From Eggerthellaceae bacterium (GTDB lineage: Bacteria; Actinomycetota; Coriobacteriia; Coriobacteriales; Eggerthellaceae), in NCBI GenBank assembly GCA_017431165.1, contig JAFRLO010000043.1, forward strand, positions 2,797 to 66,796: a stretch of 64,000 bases of DNA, read 5' to 3'. The translations under genes and the position numbers were made by a program. Under the pieces are notes generated by a model. The model worked only from the letters and a program-made list of their open reading frames with translations, was not told the origin of the DNA and did not search any database. Positions 35,181 to 46,045 of the stretch are shown piece by piece. Every line of letters begins with the position of its first letter. Within the stretch, counting starts at the first letter, position 1.

Positions 35181-37544
35181 CTATAGATCCCGTTGCATGC
35201 AGATAATCGGATAATCATCCCCCATGATAGGCTCGCCGTATTCCGTGAATCCTTGCGCCCGCCAGAACTCACGGGCGGATTCGCTTCTCTCTGGGCATTT
35301 AAGCTCGAGATGCGCGATACCTTGAGCTGCAAGCGAGGCGCGCACATCGGCGAAGATGCTCGAGCCGATACCTTGACCCTGTAGCGACGCCTCCACCATG
35401 AACCAGCCGATGAATGCAGCATCGGGGCGCGGATAACCCGTAATGACATCGAGCACGGCGACCAAATCGCCATCATCATCGAAGAATCCCACGAAATACT
35501 TTTCGGTTCCTGCATCGTCGGCGTATTCGTTCGACACGTTGCTGATGAGTTCGGTCAGACGTTCGCGCGATGGACGAATACCCAACGAGAAGTAATACCT
35601 ACGGTTCGAACGTGCGAGCATGTATACGTCAGTGATATCCGCTTCCGTCAAGCGACGCACATCGAATTGCGTACCGAATGATTGCACGTCGAGTACGGGC
35701 ACCTGCGCAGCCTCTTCGGGCGAAAGCACGCTTGAGAACTGGGTGTAGAACAATTCGCTGTACACGCCGCCAAGTGCCAGAAGCTCCTCGTGCGTTCCCT
35801 GCTCGACGATGCAACCGTCCTGCACTACGAGAATGCCATCAGCCTTTAAGATGGTGGAAAGGCGATGCGCGATGACCACGCTGGTTCGGTTGACCATAAG
35901 CTGTTCGAGAGCCTGCTGAATCGCGTTTTCCGAAATGGAATCGAGGGCACTGGTCGCCTCATCTAAGATGAGGATTTTCGGATCTTTAAGGATGACGCGC
36001 GCCAGGGAAAGACGCTGCTTCTCGCCACCGGAAAGCTTCAATCCGCGGTTTCCGACCTCAGTGTCGTAGCCATCTGGCTGATGGATGATGAAGTCATGGA
36101 TGTTCGCCACGCGACACGCCTCTTCGATCTCTTCCATCGTGGCATCTTCCTTGGCGTACCGCAGGTTCTCAAGGATCGTACCGTTGAACAGATACGCCTC
36201 CTGCGTCACTACGCCGATGCATTGCCTAAGGTACGGCAGATCGAAATCACGCACATCGACACCTGCGATGTGCACCGCACCGCCGTTAACGTCATATAGA
36301 CGTGGCATGAGGTTCACGACGGTCGACTTACCTGAACCGCTGCGCCCGACGATGGCGTACATACGCCCACCCGGCACGGTAAAGCTCACGTCCGTGAGCA
36401 CCAGATTGCCTTCGTCGTAACCGAATGCTACGTGATCGTATTCGATCGGCTTGCATGCCACATCGGGCTTCTGCCCGTTCTCGGGTGAGACAATGGTGTT
36501 CGGCCGGTCGAGATAATCGAAGATGCGCGTGAACAGCGCGAGCGAGCGCGTGAAATTCACTTGAAGATTGAGCAGAGATTCAACTGGCCGATACAATCGG
36601 TTGATGAGTGCGACCATGGCAGTAACCGTACCGACTGTCAACGTAGGATCATAATGTTCGATGATGAGCAGGCCGCCTGCAAAGTAAATCAGCAACGGTC
36701 CGAGCTGGATGAACATACCCATCGCGATTCGGAAAATCGATACGCTCCTCGTCTCTTTCATCGAGAGGTTCGTGACCTCCTCGTTCGTCTGGCGGAAGCG
36801 CTCGCATTCCTGCTCTTCACGTGTGAACATTTTCACCAGAAGAGATCCGCTTGCCGACAGCGTCTCGTTGATGATCTGATTCATCTTGTCGGTTTGAGCC
36901 TGCGTGAGCGAGGCGTATTTGAGCCGTGACTTGCCCGCGCTGCGCGTTGGGAAAATAAGCAGCGGCAGCACGATGAGACCGACAATGGCGAGCTTCCAAC
37001 TCATCGTGAAGATGGCCACGAGCGTGGTAATGATGGTGGCTACATTGCTGACGATCTGAGAAAGCGTCCCGCTGATCACCGAGCTCACGCCGCTGATGTC
37101 AGTATCCATACGCGTGATAACATCGCCCTGTTTCTCGGTCGTGAAAAAGGAATGGGGCATGTACTGCAGATGGCGGTACATCTCGTTGCGCATGTCGTAG
37201 ATGATGTGCTGCGAAATCCATGCGTTGATGTAATTCTCAAGTACGCCGATGAGCTGACTGGTGAGCAATGCTGCCAATGCGATGAGCAGTAGTTGCACCA
37301 AATACATGAGATCCTCGCCCACGAGCGCCTGGTCGACGATCTTGCCCGTGATGATGGAGGGGAACAACCCGACAACTGCCGCAATCAGAATGGCGAGGAA
37401 CACCAGCAAGAACTTCGCCCAGTAGGGCTTTAAATATGAGGCGATGCGCTTGAGCAAATCCTTGGTTACTTTAGGACTTGCAGCCTTTTCCTCGTCCGTC
37501 ATATAGCCCGCGCCTGGTCTGAAACCCGGAGGTCCTTGTGCCAT
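35181..37544 (-). CDS. ABC exporter (6-TM domain plus NBD, MsbA-like) fused to a C-terminal GNAT N-acetyltransferase domain
   Basis: ORF trimmed to ATG 37544 (GAAGGAG upstream). Walker A GRSGSGKST, signature LSGGEKQR, Walker B ILILDEATSALD. The last 182 aa carry GNAT motif A: FIGWFMVEASLQGQGIGSSIF...FWRAQGF. Confidence 0.85.
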   Translation of the reverse strand: MAQGPPGFRPGAGYMTDEEKAASPKVTKDLLKRIASYLKPYWAKFLLVFLAILIAAVVGLFPSIITGKIVDQALVGEDLMYLVQLLLIALAALLTSQLIGVLENYINAWISQHIIYDMRNEMYRHLQYMPHSFFTTEKQGDVITRMDTDISGVSSVISGTLSQIVSNVATIITTLVAIFTMSWKLAIVGLIVLPLLIFPTRSAGKSRLKYASLTQAQTDKMNQIINETLSASGSLLVKMFTREEQECERFRQTNEEVTNLSMKETRSVSIFRIAMGMFIQLGPLLIYFAGGLLIIEHYDPTLTVGTVTAMVALINRLYRPVESLLNLQVNFTRSLALFTRIFDYLDRPNTIVSPENGQKPDVACKPIEYDHVAFGYDEGNLVLTDVSFTVPGGRMYAIVGRSGSGKSTVVNLMPRLYDVNGGAVHIAGVDVRDFDLPYLRQCIGVVTQEAYLFNGTILENLRYAKEDATMEEIEEACRVANIHDFIIHQPDGYDTEVGNRGLKLSGGEKQRLSLARVILKDPKILILDEATSALDSISENAIQQALEQLMVNRTSVVIAHRLSTILKADGILVVQDGCIVEQGTHEELLALGGVYSELFYTQFSSVLSPEEAAQVPVLDVQSFGTQFDVRRLTEADITDVYMLARSNRRYYFSLGIRPSRERLTELISNVSNEYADDAGTEKYFVGFFDDDGDLVAVLDVITGYPRPDAAFIGWFMVEASLQGQGIGSSIFADVRASLAAQGIAHLELKCPERSESAREFWRAQGFTEYGEPIMGDDYPIICMQRDL

Positions 37545-37678
37545 AGCTGCTCCTTCGCTAAGGGAATGGTGCTGTGGATGCGCATGCAAAAACCCCGGAT
37601 AGCATGACGGTGCCGCACAACGCAGCACCTTGCCATCCGTTCAATCAGTTATTTTACCGCGTCTGCCTTCATGGTGCT

Positions 37679-38818
37679 ATGATGCCCGCCGTGACTTCTT
37701 TCATCAAACAGCACACGCTTCCCCTCATCGCCTGCATTGCAGCGGCGATTTCGGCGTTATTCGTTCCGCCGTCAGCCGCGTACCTGGATTACTTCGATTT
37801 CAAGACCCTCGGGTGCTTGTTCTGCATTTCCGCGACAGTCAATGCCCTTGTGAGTACCGGACTGTTCTCGCAGCTGGCACAGAGAATCGTTCGCACATTG
37901 AAGACGCAGCGCACTTGCGTGATCACGATGGTTCTCATCACGCTTGTCGGTGCTATGTTCATCACGAACGATATGGCATTGCTGACGTTCTTGCCGCTGA
38001 GCTACCTTGTCCTCCGCGGCATCGTCGATGACCGTAAGCTATTGGCATGGTGCTTCATCTTGCAGAATGCTGCCGCAGTGCTCGGAGGCATGATTCTGCC
38101 ATTCGGCAATCCTCATAACCTCTATCTATACAGCTTGTTCGATATCCCCACGGGAACCTTCATCCTCACGATGCTGCCGACGTTCATCGCTGCGGTCATC
38201 CTCATCGGCGCATGCTGCCTGTTCGTTAAGCCGACTCCGCTTGCCCCAGCAGATACGGCCAGTGAAGATGCCGAGCAAAAGATCGAAGGCCGTATTCCGC
38301 GCAAGGTCCAAATCGGACTCTATTGCATACTGTTCGCGCTGACGCTATGTGCCATTCTGCGCGCCATCCCGTATCTTGCCGTACTCGTCATCGTGATCGT
38401 ATGCCTGCTCGTCGCAAATCCTCGCGTCCTCGTACGCGTCGATTACGGTCTGCTTATCACATTCGCGGCATTCTTCGTATTCGCGGGTAATCTGAGCAGT
38501 ATCCCGCAGGTCAAGGAATTCCTGATGAGCCTCCTTGAAAGCAACGCGCTCATCACCATCGTGGGCACCTGCCAAATCATCAGCAACCTGCCAACGACGC
38601 TTTTGTACGCGCCCTTCACCACCGACTGGGCAACACTACTCGTCGCAACCGATATCGCTGGCATGGGCACGCCCATCGCCTCGTTGGCGTCACTCATCAC
38701 CATCAAATCGTTCATGAATTATCGGCGAGACGATGCTGGACTTTTCATGAGACTGTTTTTGGCCGTCGGATTCAGTTTCCTCATCGTGCTGAGCGTCGTA
38801 GCCGCGGTATTCCTATAA
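37679..38818 (+). CDS. ArsB/NhaD-superfamily (citrate-transporter-like) anion permease
   Basis: ORF trimmed to ATG 37679. About 10-12 hydrophobic segments and FITNDMALLTFLP-type helix hairpin. The family call is from memory. Confidence 0.55.
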   Translation: MMPAVTSFIKQHTLPLIACIAAAISALFVPPSAAYLDYFDFKTLGCLFCISATVNALVSTGLFSQLAQRIVRTLKTQRTCVITMVLITLVGAMFITNDMALLTFLPLSYLVLRGIVDDRKLLAWCFILQNAAAVLGGMILPFGNPHNLYLYSLFDIPTGTFILTMLPTFIAAVILIGACCLFVKPTPLAPADTASEDAEQKIEGRIPRKVQIGLYCILFALTLCAILRAIPYLAVLVIVIVCLLVANPRVLVRVDYGLLITFAAFFVFAGNLSSIPQVKEFLMSLLESNALITIVGTCQIISNLPTTLLYAPFTTDWATLLVATDIAGMGTPIASLASLITIKSFMNYRRDDAGLFMRLFLAVGFSFLIVLSVVAAVFL

Positions 38819-38865
38819 CGAAAGTCGTAATTACCGCAGAAAAACGTTTCGTGCGCTTTGATAAG

Positions 38866-39285
38866 TTACGCGAGTTCGTCGGGTTCAAGTGCCTGGATGC
38901 CATGCTCACGCAGAATCGCTGCGAATACCCCCTCGCCATCGATCAGCGTTCCCGAAAAGCTCCCATCATAGACCTGATGTACGCCACAGCTTGGGCTTCG
39001 TGGTTGGAGAATCGCGCAATCAACGCCTGCACGTTGCGTGATATCGAGTGCGCGGTGCGCTCCGCGACGGAATTCCTCGTCGACGCACTCCCCTTTTGCA
39101 TTCATCACCACACCATTGACGATTTCGGCAGGAACACGAGGAGTCGGAAGCCCCCCGAGCTGCTCGGGGCATACGGGAACAACCTCGTGCGATGCCACGT
39201 ATTCGATTACCGCCTGATTGCGATTGTTGGTACCGTTGTACTTGCAGTTATGCCCAAGGAGGCACGCGCTCACTGCAATCTTCAC
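38866..39285 (-). CDS. DUF523 family protein (TudS/YbbK-like, Cys-rich)
   Basis: MKIAVSACLLGHNCKYNG...VCPEQLGGLPTPR...RSPSCG. GTG start after AGGAGG. Confidence 0.8.
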   Translation of the reverse strand: MKIAVSACLLGHNCKYNGTNNRNQAVIEYVASHEVVPVCPEQLGGLPTPRVPAEIVNGVVMNAKGECVDEEFRRGAHRALDITQRAGVDCAILQPRSPSCGVHQVYDGSFSGTLIDGEGVFAAILREHGIQALEPDELA

Positions 39286-39365
39286 CGAAGACCTCCTGCA
39301 AAGTGACGTGATGGATCAGCGATATCGCGCGACGATGCCTCGATGCGGATACTCACCGTAATCGT

Positions 39366-40016
39366 TTATATGTCGATGCGAACTTCGATGTCGGAATCGA
39401 TCAGCTCGGCAAAGCCTTCTGCTGAACGACGCGTGTCATCAAGCGCACCATAATGCAATGGAACCACCTTGGCTGGTTTGACCGCATTCGTATATGCGGC
39501 CGCCTCGTGCATATCCATCGTGTAGATTCCGCCAATGGGAACGAACAGCACATCGGTTTGCACGGCGCGTACATCCTCGTTATCGTCCGTATCGCCCATG
39601 ACATAGACGCGTTTGCCATCGATGTTGATAACGTAGCCAACCCAGCCCTTCGACTGCGTATGGAAGGCCTTTCCCACATTGTAGGCTGGCACTGCTTCTG
39701 CGGTAAGACCGCGCACCTCGATCTTTTGACCTGGTGCGACGCTCACGAAACGATCCCCCGAGAAACCCGCTGCCTCAGCCTGTGCGCGGCAATCCTCCAC
39801 ACTGACGAGAACGGTATCAGGCTTCGAGAGCTTCTTTATATCCTTCTCGCTAAAATGGTCGCCATGAGGATGCGTAACGAAAATCACATCCGCGTCATGT
39901 GCGGCTATCGCCACTTTGAAAGGATCGACATAGACCACCCTTTTGGGCTCGTCGCTGTACATGCGCACGCATGCATGCACGAGGACCTTCAATTTCGGAG
40001 ACTGCAATCTACTCAT
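39366..40016 (-). CDS. MBL-fold metallo-hydrolase
   Basis: ORF trimmed to ATG 40016 (GAGAGGGG upstream). VIFVTHPHGDHF motif. Confidence 0.8.
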   Translation of the reverse strand: MSRLQSPKLKVLVHACVRMYSDEPKRVVYVDPFKVAIAAHDADVIFVTHPHGDHFSEKDIKKLSKPDTVLVSVEDCRAQAEAAGFSGDRFVSVAPGQKIEVRGLTAEAVPAYNVGKAFHTQSKGWVGYVINIDGKRVYVMGDTDDNEDVRAVQTDVLFVPIGGIYTMDMHEAAAYTNAVKPAKVVPLHYGALDDTRRSAEGFAELIDSDIEVRIDI

Positions 40017-40069
40017 GCTAAACCCCTCTCTCTCGGACAAACGTGCTTATTTACCATGCGCCCGCTTCG

Positions 40070-43000
40070 CTACTTGCCTGCTTCGCGCGCAACTTTATCT
40101 GCAAGATTCGCCTTCGCGACGCTGATCATCAGCTTTATGCGATTGAGCTGGTTCACCTCGGAAGCACCTGGATCGTAATCGACTGCGACGATATTGCTCT
40201 CAGGGAAGCGTCGACGCAATTCCTTGATGACCGACTTCCCCACTACGTGATTCGGCAGGCACGCGAACGGCTGCGTGCATACGATGTTGGGCGCACCCGT
40301 CTTGATGAGCTCGATCATCTCGGCAGTCAACAACCAACCCTCGCCCATCGAATTGCATAAGCTCAGGATTTCCTCCGCGTATTCGGCAAGTTCGAAAATG
40401 CTTGCTGGCGGATTGAAGCGCGTCGATGCTTTGAGCTGATCGAGAATCGGCTTGCGCAACCGATCGATGACGTCAAGTGCGATCTTGGCGCCCACTGCGC
40501 CTTTCTTGCTGCGACCCAATGGATCGCGTTGGAAGATGCGGCCCGCGATGCCGAACAGGAAGAACTCGACAAGCCCAGGAACCACCGCTTCGCACCCCTC
40601 GTTTTCGATGAGGTCGACAACCTGATTGTTCGCCGTGGGGTGGAACTTCACAAGAATCTCTCCGACGACGCCAACGCGCGGTTTGGTACCGAAGTTCTGC
40701 AGCGGCAACGTATCGAAATCGTTCACGATATCCTTCACGGTGCGCTTGTACTCGCCCCATTTCACGCCGCGCTTCAACTGCTCCCCGCACACGCTCATGT
40801 AATGATCGAACAGCCGTGTCGCGCTGCCCGGCTCGAGTTCGTATGGACGGGTGCGATACAAGCACATCATGAGCAAGTCGCCATAACCGAATGCATACAC
40901 AGCCTGATAGAGCATCTTCGGCGTGATGGAAAAGCCAGGATTGTCCTCGTCGACTGTGCTCTTGCCTTGCAGAGCAATGGAAATGACGGGGATATGGCCG
41001 AGGCCTGCCGCTTTGAGGCCCTTGCGGATTAGCGCGATGTAGTTCGTCGCACGGCAACCGCCACCGGTCTGCGTGATAAGCACCGCGAGTTTATCGGTAT
41101 CGTAACGACCGCTCGTGACAGCCTCCATGATCTGGCCTGTCGTCAGAATACTCGGGTAGCAGATGTCGTTGTTCACGTACTTCAAGCCCGCGTCTACCGC
41201 ACCATGGTCGACACTCGGCAGAAGCTCGACGTTGTAGCCAAAACGATGGAACACAGGGACAAGCAACTCGAAGTGATACGGCGCCATCTGCGGTGCGAGG
41301 ATGGTGTACCCTTCCTTCTTCATCTGCTCGGTGTATGTTGCCCGATAGAACGCACTCGACGTATCATCGCGTTGCTTCAAATAGCTGCGCAACTCATCGG
41401 ATGCCTTACCCGTAAACTCATCCGGCGCATATTCGGCAGGTGCATCGTCCAGATTGAATTCGCACGCTGCCGCAGGGCAACCTTGCGCAGTCAGGCGCGC
41501 CTCGACGGCTTGGTCGTTCTCGATGTCTTGCTGGTTCTTGAGCGCAGCAAGCAGGCTGCGCACACGAATGCGTGCGGCACCGAGATTCGAGACCTCGTCG
41601 ATCTTGAGCACCGTATAGATCTTGCCCGCTGCTTCGAGAATCTCCTGCACCTGATCGGTCGTGATGGCGTCGAGACCGCATCCGAAGCTGTTGAGCTGAA
41701 TGAGATCTAAATCCTTACGGGTACTTACGAACTTAGCCGATGCATAGAGACGCGTATGGAACATCCACTGGTCAACCGCACGCAGCGGGCGATCGATGAT
41801 GCCCAGATGGGCGACCGAATCCTCTGTGAGAACCGCCAACCCGAAGCTCGTCAAAAGCTCGGGGATGGCGTGATTGATCTCAGGGTCGTTGTGATATGGA
41901 CGACCTGCCAACACGATGCCGTGCGTGCCCGTTGCTTCCATCCATTTGATGGTTTCAACGCCTTTCGCACGCATATCGTGCTTGAAACGCTCATCCTCCG
42001 CCCACGCAGCATCAACCGCATCGGCAACTTCCTGCTTGGTCGGGGCCTTGGCGCCGCCTTTCGTCATCAAATCGGGATGTGCCTGCACAAGCTCTACGTA
42101 GAGGCGCTCCTTGAGCAACTCCTTCTTATCGTACGGAAGCCATGGGTCGAGGAATTGGACATCGCTCGTCTGCAGATCGTCTACATTGAGGCGCAACGCC
42201 TCGGGATAGCTTGCCACGATGGGGCAGTTGTAGTGGTTGCCCGCACTCGCGTCCTCCTGGCGCTCCCATTTCGCGCAGGGCATCCAAATGAAATCGGGAT
42301 GCTTGGCTAGCAGATTCATGATATGGCCGTGGCTCAGCTTCGCGGGATAGCACACGCTCTCTGACGGCATGCTCTCAATGCCCGCCTTGTACGTATCCTT
42401 GTTGCTTGCATCGGAAAGCACCACACGCCAACCCAGCTTCGTGAAGAACGTGAACCAGAACGGGTAATTCTCATACATGTTGAGTGCACGGGGCATGCCG
42501 ACCGTGCCGCGAGTGGCCTCTTCGGCAGACAACGGTTCGTAGCCAAATAGGCGCTTCGATTTGTAATCGAACAGATTCGGCACCTTCGATGCATCGGTGC
42601 GATTGCCCGAACCCTTCTCACAGCGATTACCGGTGATGAACCGGCGATGCTTGCCTGTGCTTTCATCCACGCCGAAATCATTGATCGTCAACAAACAGCT
42701 ATTCGAGCAGCCTTTGCAACGCGTCGTACGCTGCGTGGGAGCAAGCGCCTCGAGAGCGGCAAGCCCCAAGATGGATGAACGAGGAGCGTTCTGCCCGCCC
42801 AGGGCAGCCCTATCACGCGCAAGCAATGCGGCGCCGTATGCACCCATGTTGCCAGCGATGTCAGGACGAACCGCGTTGACTTCGGAAAGCTGCTCGAAGG
42901 CCCTCAGTACTGCATCATTGAGGAAGGTGCCGCCTTGAACGATGACCTTCGTACCTACATCACGAGGATCGCGGATCTTGATGACCTTGAACAGTGCGTT

Positions 43001-44632
43001 CTTGATGACCGAGATGGCAAGGCCTGCGGCAATATCGCCAACCGTCGCGCCCTCTTTCTGTGCCTGCTTCACGCGGCTGTTCATAAAGACGGTGCAGCGG
43101 CTTCCCAAATCAACGGGGTGCTCCGCCGCTATGGCCGTCTGCGCGAACTCGGAAACATCAAGTCCTAAACCACTTGCAAAGCTTTCGATGAACGAGCCAC
43201 AGCCTGACGAACACGCCTCATTGAGCATGATATGCTCGATAACGCCATCCTTCACGCGCAGGCACTTCATATCTTGGCCGCCGATATCGAGGATGAATTC
43301 CACGCCGGGAAGCATTTCCTGTGCACCTCGCAGGTGCGCAACCGTCTCGACCTCGCCAGAGTCGACACGCAAAGCCTCGAGCAAAAGCCCTTCGCCGTAG
43401 CCTGTAACCGTCGCATGCCCGATGGTAACCAGCGCGCCTCCATCCTCATCGATGGGAAGCGCGCTATACAATGCCGAAAGCGCCGTCTTGGCGCACCCGA
43501 GAACATCGCCTTTATTGCTCATGTAAATCGACCAGAGAATAGATCCATCCTGACCGATTAGAACTGCTTTGAAAGTAGTGGAGCCTGCATCGATGCCCAA
43601 GTAAGCCGTACCACGATAGCTTGCCAAATCGCCACGCGCGACGCACTCGCTTGCATGACGCTGCTTGAACTCCTCATACTCTGCCGCATCGGCGAACAAC
43701 GGGGGAAGACGCACGACTTCAGATCCCTGCATATCACCCAGGCCACGAAGGCGCTCGAGTACATCGTTAAGGCTCTCGGGATGCACGTGCTCGCTCGTAA
43801 TGCCCGCAATGGCACAGCCGCGCGCCACGAACAGATGCGCATCTTCGGGAACGATGCGGTGCTCTTCATCTAACTCCAAAGTCTCATAGAAGCGCTCGCG
43901 GAGCTGATCGAGATACTGGAGAGGACCGCCCAAGAACGCCACATATCCCCTAATGGGACGACCGCATGCAAGGCCCGATATCGTCTGCGTAACCACGGAT
44001 TGGAAAATCGATGCAGCGATATCCTCTTTCTTCGCGCCCTCATTGAGCAACGGTTGCACATCGGTTTTCGCGAACACGCCGCAGCGACTCGCGATTGGAT
44101 AGATCGTGGTATGGCTCTTGGCGAGTTCGTTCAGGCCCGTTGCATCGGTGTTGAGCAACGTGGCCATCTGGTCGATGAACGCACCCGTACCACCTGCGCA
44201 CGTTCCGTTCATGCGCTGCTCGATGCCGTGGTCGAAATAGATGATCTTCGCATCCTCGCCACCAAGCTCGATAGCGACATCGGTCTTCGGGATGAAGGTT
44301 TCAACAGCGGTTTTGCTGGCAATGACTTCTTGTACAAAATCGAGATTGAGCCATTGTGCCAGAAGCAGACCGCCGGAGCCGGTAATGGCTATGGTCATAA
44401 TCTGGTCGCCGTACTGTTCCGCAGCACCCTGCAGCACTTCGACGATCGTTGCGCGTACGTCCGCGTGATGGCGCTGGTACACCGAGTACACTACCTCATG
44501 CGCGTCGTTTAGAATGGCGAGCTTGACCGTAGTCGAGCCTACGTCGATACCGATATGCAAATCGGTTTGAGAAGGCGTAGGTGCCGCCTTCAAGGTATCC
44601 GTGGAAGAAGGCGTTTTCATATCCTGTGGCAT
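40070..44632 (-). CDS. 1520-aa acyl-CoA dehydratase activase-related protein (2x BadF/BcrA/HgdC-type ATPase plus DUF2229/HgdB-like region)
   Basis: Two actin-fold ATPase N-termini ([16 protein letters not shown]; [16 protein letters not shown]) followed by about 850 aa resembling dehydratase-component/DUF2229 modules. AAAGGGAA SD. Confidence 0.8.
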   Translation of the reverse strand: MPQDMKTPSSTDTLKAAPTPSQTDLHIGIDVGSTTVKLAILNDAHEVVYSVYQRHHADVRATIVEVLQGAAEQYGDQIMTIAITGSGGLLLAQWLNLDFVQEVIASKTAVETFIPKTDVAIELGGEDAKIIYFDHGIEQRMNGTCAGGTGAFIDQMATLLNTDATGLNELAKSHTTIYPIASRCGVFAKTDVQPLLNEGAKKEDIAASIFQSVVTQTISGLACGRPIRGYVAFLGGPLQYLDQLRERFYETLELDEEHRIVPEDAHLFVARGCAIAGITSEHVHPESLNDVLERLRGLGDMQGSEVVRLPPLFADAAEYEEFKQRHASECVARGDLASYRGTAYLGIDAGSTTFKAVLIGQDGSILWSIYMSNKGDVLGCAKTALSALYSALPIDEDGGALVTIGHATVTGYGEGLLLEALRVDSGEVETVAHLRGAQEMLPGVEFILDIGGQDMKCLRVKDGVIEHIMLNEACSSGCGSFIESFASGLGLDVSEFAQTAIAAEHPVDLGSRCTVFMNSRVKQAQKEGATVGDIAAGLAISVIKNALFKVIKIRDPRDVGTKVIVQGGTFLNDAVLRAFEQLSEVNAVRPDIAGNMGAYGAALLARDRAALGGQNAPRSSILGLAALEALAPTQRTTRCKGCSNSCLLTINDFGVDESTGKHRRFITGNRCEKGSGNRTDASKVPNLFDYKSKRLFGYEPLSAEEATRGTVGMPRALNMYENYPFWFTFFTKLGWRVVLSDASNKDTYKAGIESMPSESVCYPAKLSHGHIMNLLAKHPDFIWMPCAKWERQEDASAGNHYNCPIVASYPEALRLNVDDLQTSDVQFLDPWLPYDKKELLKERLYVELVQAHPDLMTKGGAKAPTKQEVADAVDAAWAEDERFKHDMRAKGVETIKWMEATGTHGIVLAGRPYHNDPEINHAIPELLTSFGLAVLTEDSVAHLGIIDRPLRAVDQWMFHTRLYASAKFVSTRKDLDLIQLNSFGCGLDAITTDQVQEILEAAGKIYTVLKIDEVSNLGAARIRVRSLLAALKNQQDIENDQAVEARLTAQGCPAAACEFNLDDAPAEYAPDEFTGKASDELRSYLKQRDDTSSAFYRATYTEQMKKEGYTILAPQMAPYHFELLVPVFHRFGYNVELLPSVDHGAVDAGLKYVNNDICYPSILTTGQIMEAVTSGRYDTDKLAVLITQTGGGCRATNYIALIRKGLKAAGLGHIPVISIALQGKSTVDEDNPGFSITPKMLYQAVYAFGYGDLLMMCLYRTRPYELEPGSATRLFDHYMSVCGEQLKRGVKWGEYKRTVKDIVNDFDTLPLQNFGTKPRVGVVGEILVKFHPTANNQVVDLIENEGCEAVVPGLVEFFLFGIAGRIFQRDPLGRSKKGAVGAKIALDVIDRLRKPILDQLKASTRFNPPASIFELAEYAEEILSLCNSMGEGWLLTAEMIELIKTGAPNIVCTQPFACLPNHVVGKSVIKELRRRFPESNIVAVDYDPGASEVNQLNRIKLMISVAKANLADKVAREAGK

Positions 44633-44719
44633 ACGTCAACGTTCCCTTTCAATATGGCAATTACTCAACATAACGCTCGTATGGTTATCTGAATGATTAT
44701 ACCGTGATACTATGCTTCT

Positions 44720-46045
44720 ATGTCTTCAAACACGGACAACAGGAAGCATTCACACAACTCGGCGGACGCACAGAGAACGCCGGGGCGAAGAGGTGCACCC
44801 AGGAAATCGCAAGCACCTTCTCCGCGCAGCAGGAAGCAGTCGCCCAGACCGCTTATCACGCTTGTCGTGTTGTTGGTCGTCATCGCCGTCATCATCGTGT
44901 TCGCAGCATCCCGCATCAGCTCGTGCGCGCAGGAAGCACAGCAAGCGGCAGAGTTCGCGCATGCACGAGTGTCTTTCATTGCAGTCGGTGACAATCTCCC
45001 CGACTACGGCATCGGCGACGAAGCAGATGCGAAAGCGGGAGAACTGGATGACGGTACGTACGATTACCATTTCATCTTCGAGCACATCGCTCCTTACTCG
45101 CAAGCAGCTGATCTCGCTTACATCAAACAGGAAACCCACGTAGGCGGTGACGAAATCGGTCCGAAAGGCTATCCATCGTTCAACACCACCGATGAGATGG
45201 CTGATGCAGTCGTTGATGCTGGGTTCGACTTCGTGGCTTCGGCGAGTAACCATAGCTACGATTGGGGGTATTACGGTGCCCTCAAGCATTCATGCGAAGT
45301 CTGGGCAAACAAACCCGTGCAGTTCACGGGCACTGCTCGCAGCCAAGAAGAAGCAGAAAAAATCGCGACTATCACCTGCAAGGGCATGACATTCGCCCTG
45401 CTCGATTACACCTATGGCGTCAACGGCTGCGATGTCGGAGAGGATTTTGAACCTTATGAGATCAATCTCATCGACGAAGACCGCATTCGTGCAGACGTTG
45501 CGCGTGCGAAGGAAACAAGCGACGTCGTGATCGTCGCCATGCATTGGGGTACCGAAAACCAAACCGAACCCGACGACGACCAGCTGTATTACGCGCAGCT
45601 GCTCGCTGATTTGGACGTCGATCTCATACTCGGCTCCCATCCGCATGTTATCGGTCCACTTTCCTGGATACAGGGAGCCTCCAGCCATCGAACCCTCGTC
45701 GCCTACTCGCTCGGCAATTTCGTGAGCAATCACGAAACGCCCGACCCGCTCAACGAACTCGAGGGCATGCTTTCGTGCGAGTTCGTACGCGATAACGATA
45801 TAATCACCATCGAAAATGTCGAGTGGATACCTTTGGTGAACCACACCGAGGAAGGCGTGCACACGGTTTATGCGTTGCCCGATTATAAAAGCGAAATCGC
45901 ATCACGCCATATTTTCCTAACGCAACTTGACGACCCCGTTGGATGGCTCGGAGAGACATCTAGGACCATCGTCAACAGCCTAGGAGACGATTTCGCCATC
46001 AGATTGCCTCAGAAGGAGGAGAAGCATGCAAATAACGCCGGCTGA
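44720..46045 (+). CDS. CapA-family protein (PGA-synthesis CapA/metallophosphoesterase-like) with an N-terminal membrane anchor
   Basis: Basic N-terminus plus TM segment [19 protein letters not shown], then FIAVGDNL...ASNHSYDWG...VAMHWGTE...GSHPHV. Confidence 0.82.
   Translation: MSSNTDNRKHSHNSADAQRTPGRRGAPRKSQAPSPRSRKQSPRPLITLVVLLVVIAVIIVFAASRISSCAQEAQQAAEFAHARVSFIAVGDNLPDYGIGDEADAKAGELDDGTYDYHFIFEHIAPYSQAADLAYIKQETHVGGDEIGPKGYPSFNTTDEMADAVVDAGFDFVASASNHSYDWGYYGALKHSCEVWANKPVQFTGTARSQEEAEKIATITCKGMTFALLDYTYGVNGCDVGEDFEPYEINLIDEDRIRADVARAKETSDVVIVAMHWGTENQTEPDDDQLYYAQLLADLDVDLILGSHPHVIGPLSWIQGASSHRTLVAYSLGNFVSNHETPDPLNELEGMLSCEFVRDNDIITIENVEWIPLVNHTEEGVHTVYALPDYKSEIASRHIFLTQLDDPVGWLGETSRTIVNSLGDDFAIRLPQKEEKHANNAG

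Noticed and set aside
35181-35729. GNAT domain as a separate downstream gene
   Set aside because: There is no stop codon after the ABC NBD and no SD or start codon at the junction. The reading frame is continuous, so it is reported as a fusion.
40070-44632. The 1520-aa ORF as a toxin, NRPS/PKS or surface adhesin because of its size
   Set aside because: The sequence shows two actin-fold BadF/BcrA/HgdC ATPase modules and dehydratase-component-like regions. It has no signal peptide, no repeats, and no condensation, adenylation or ketosynthase motifs.
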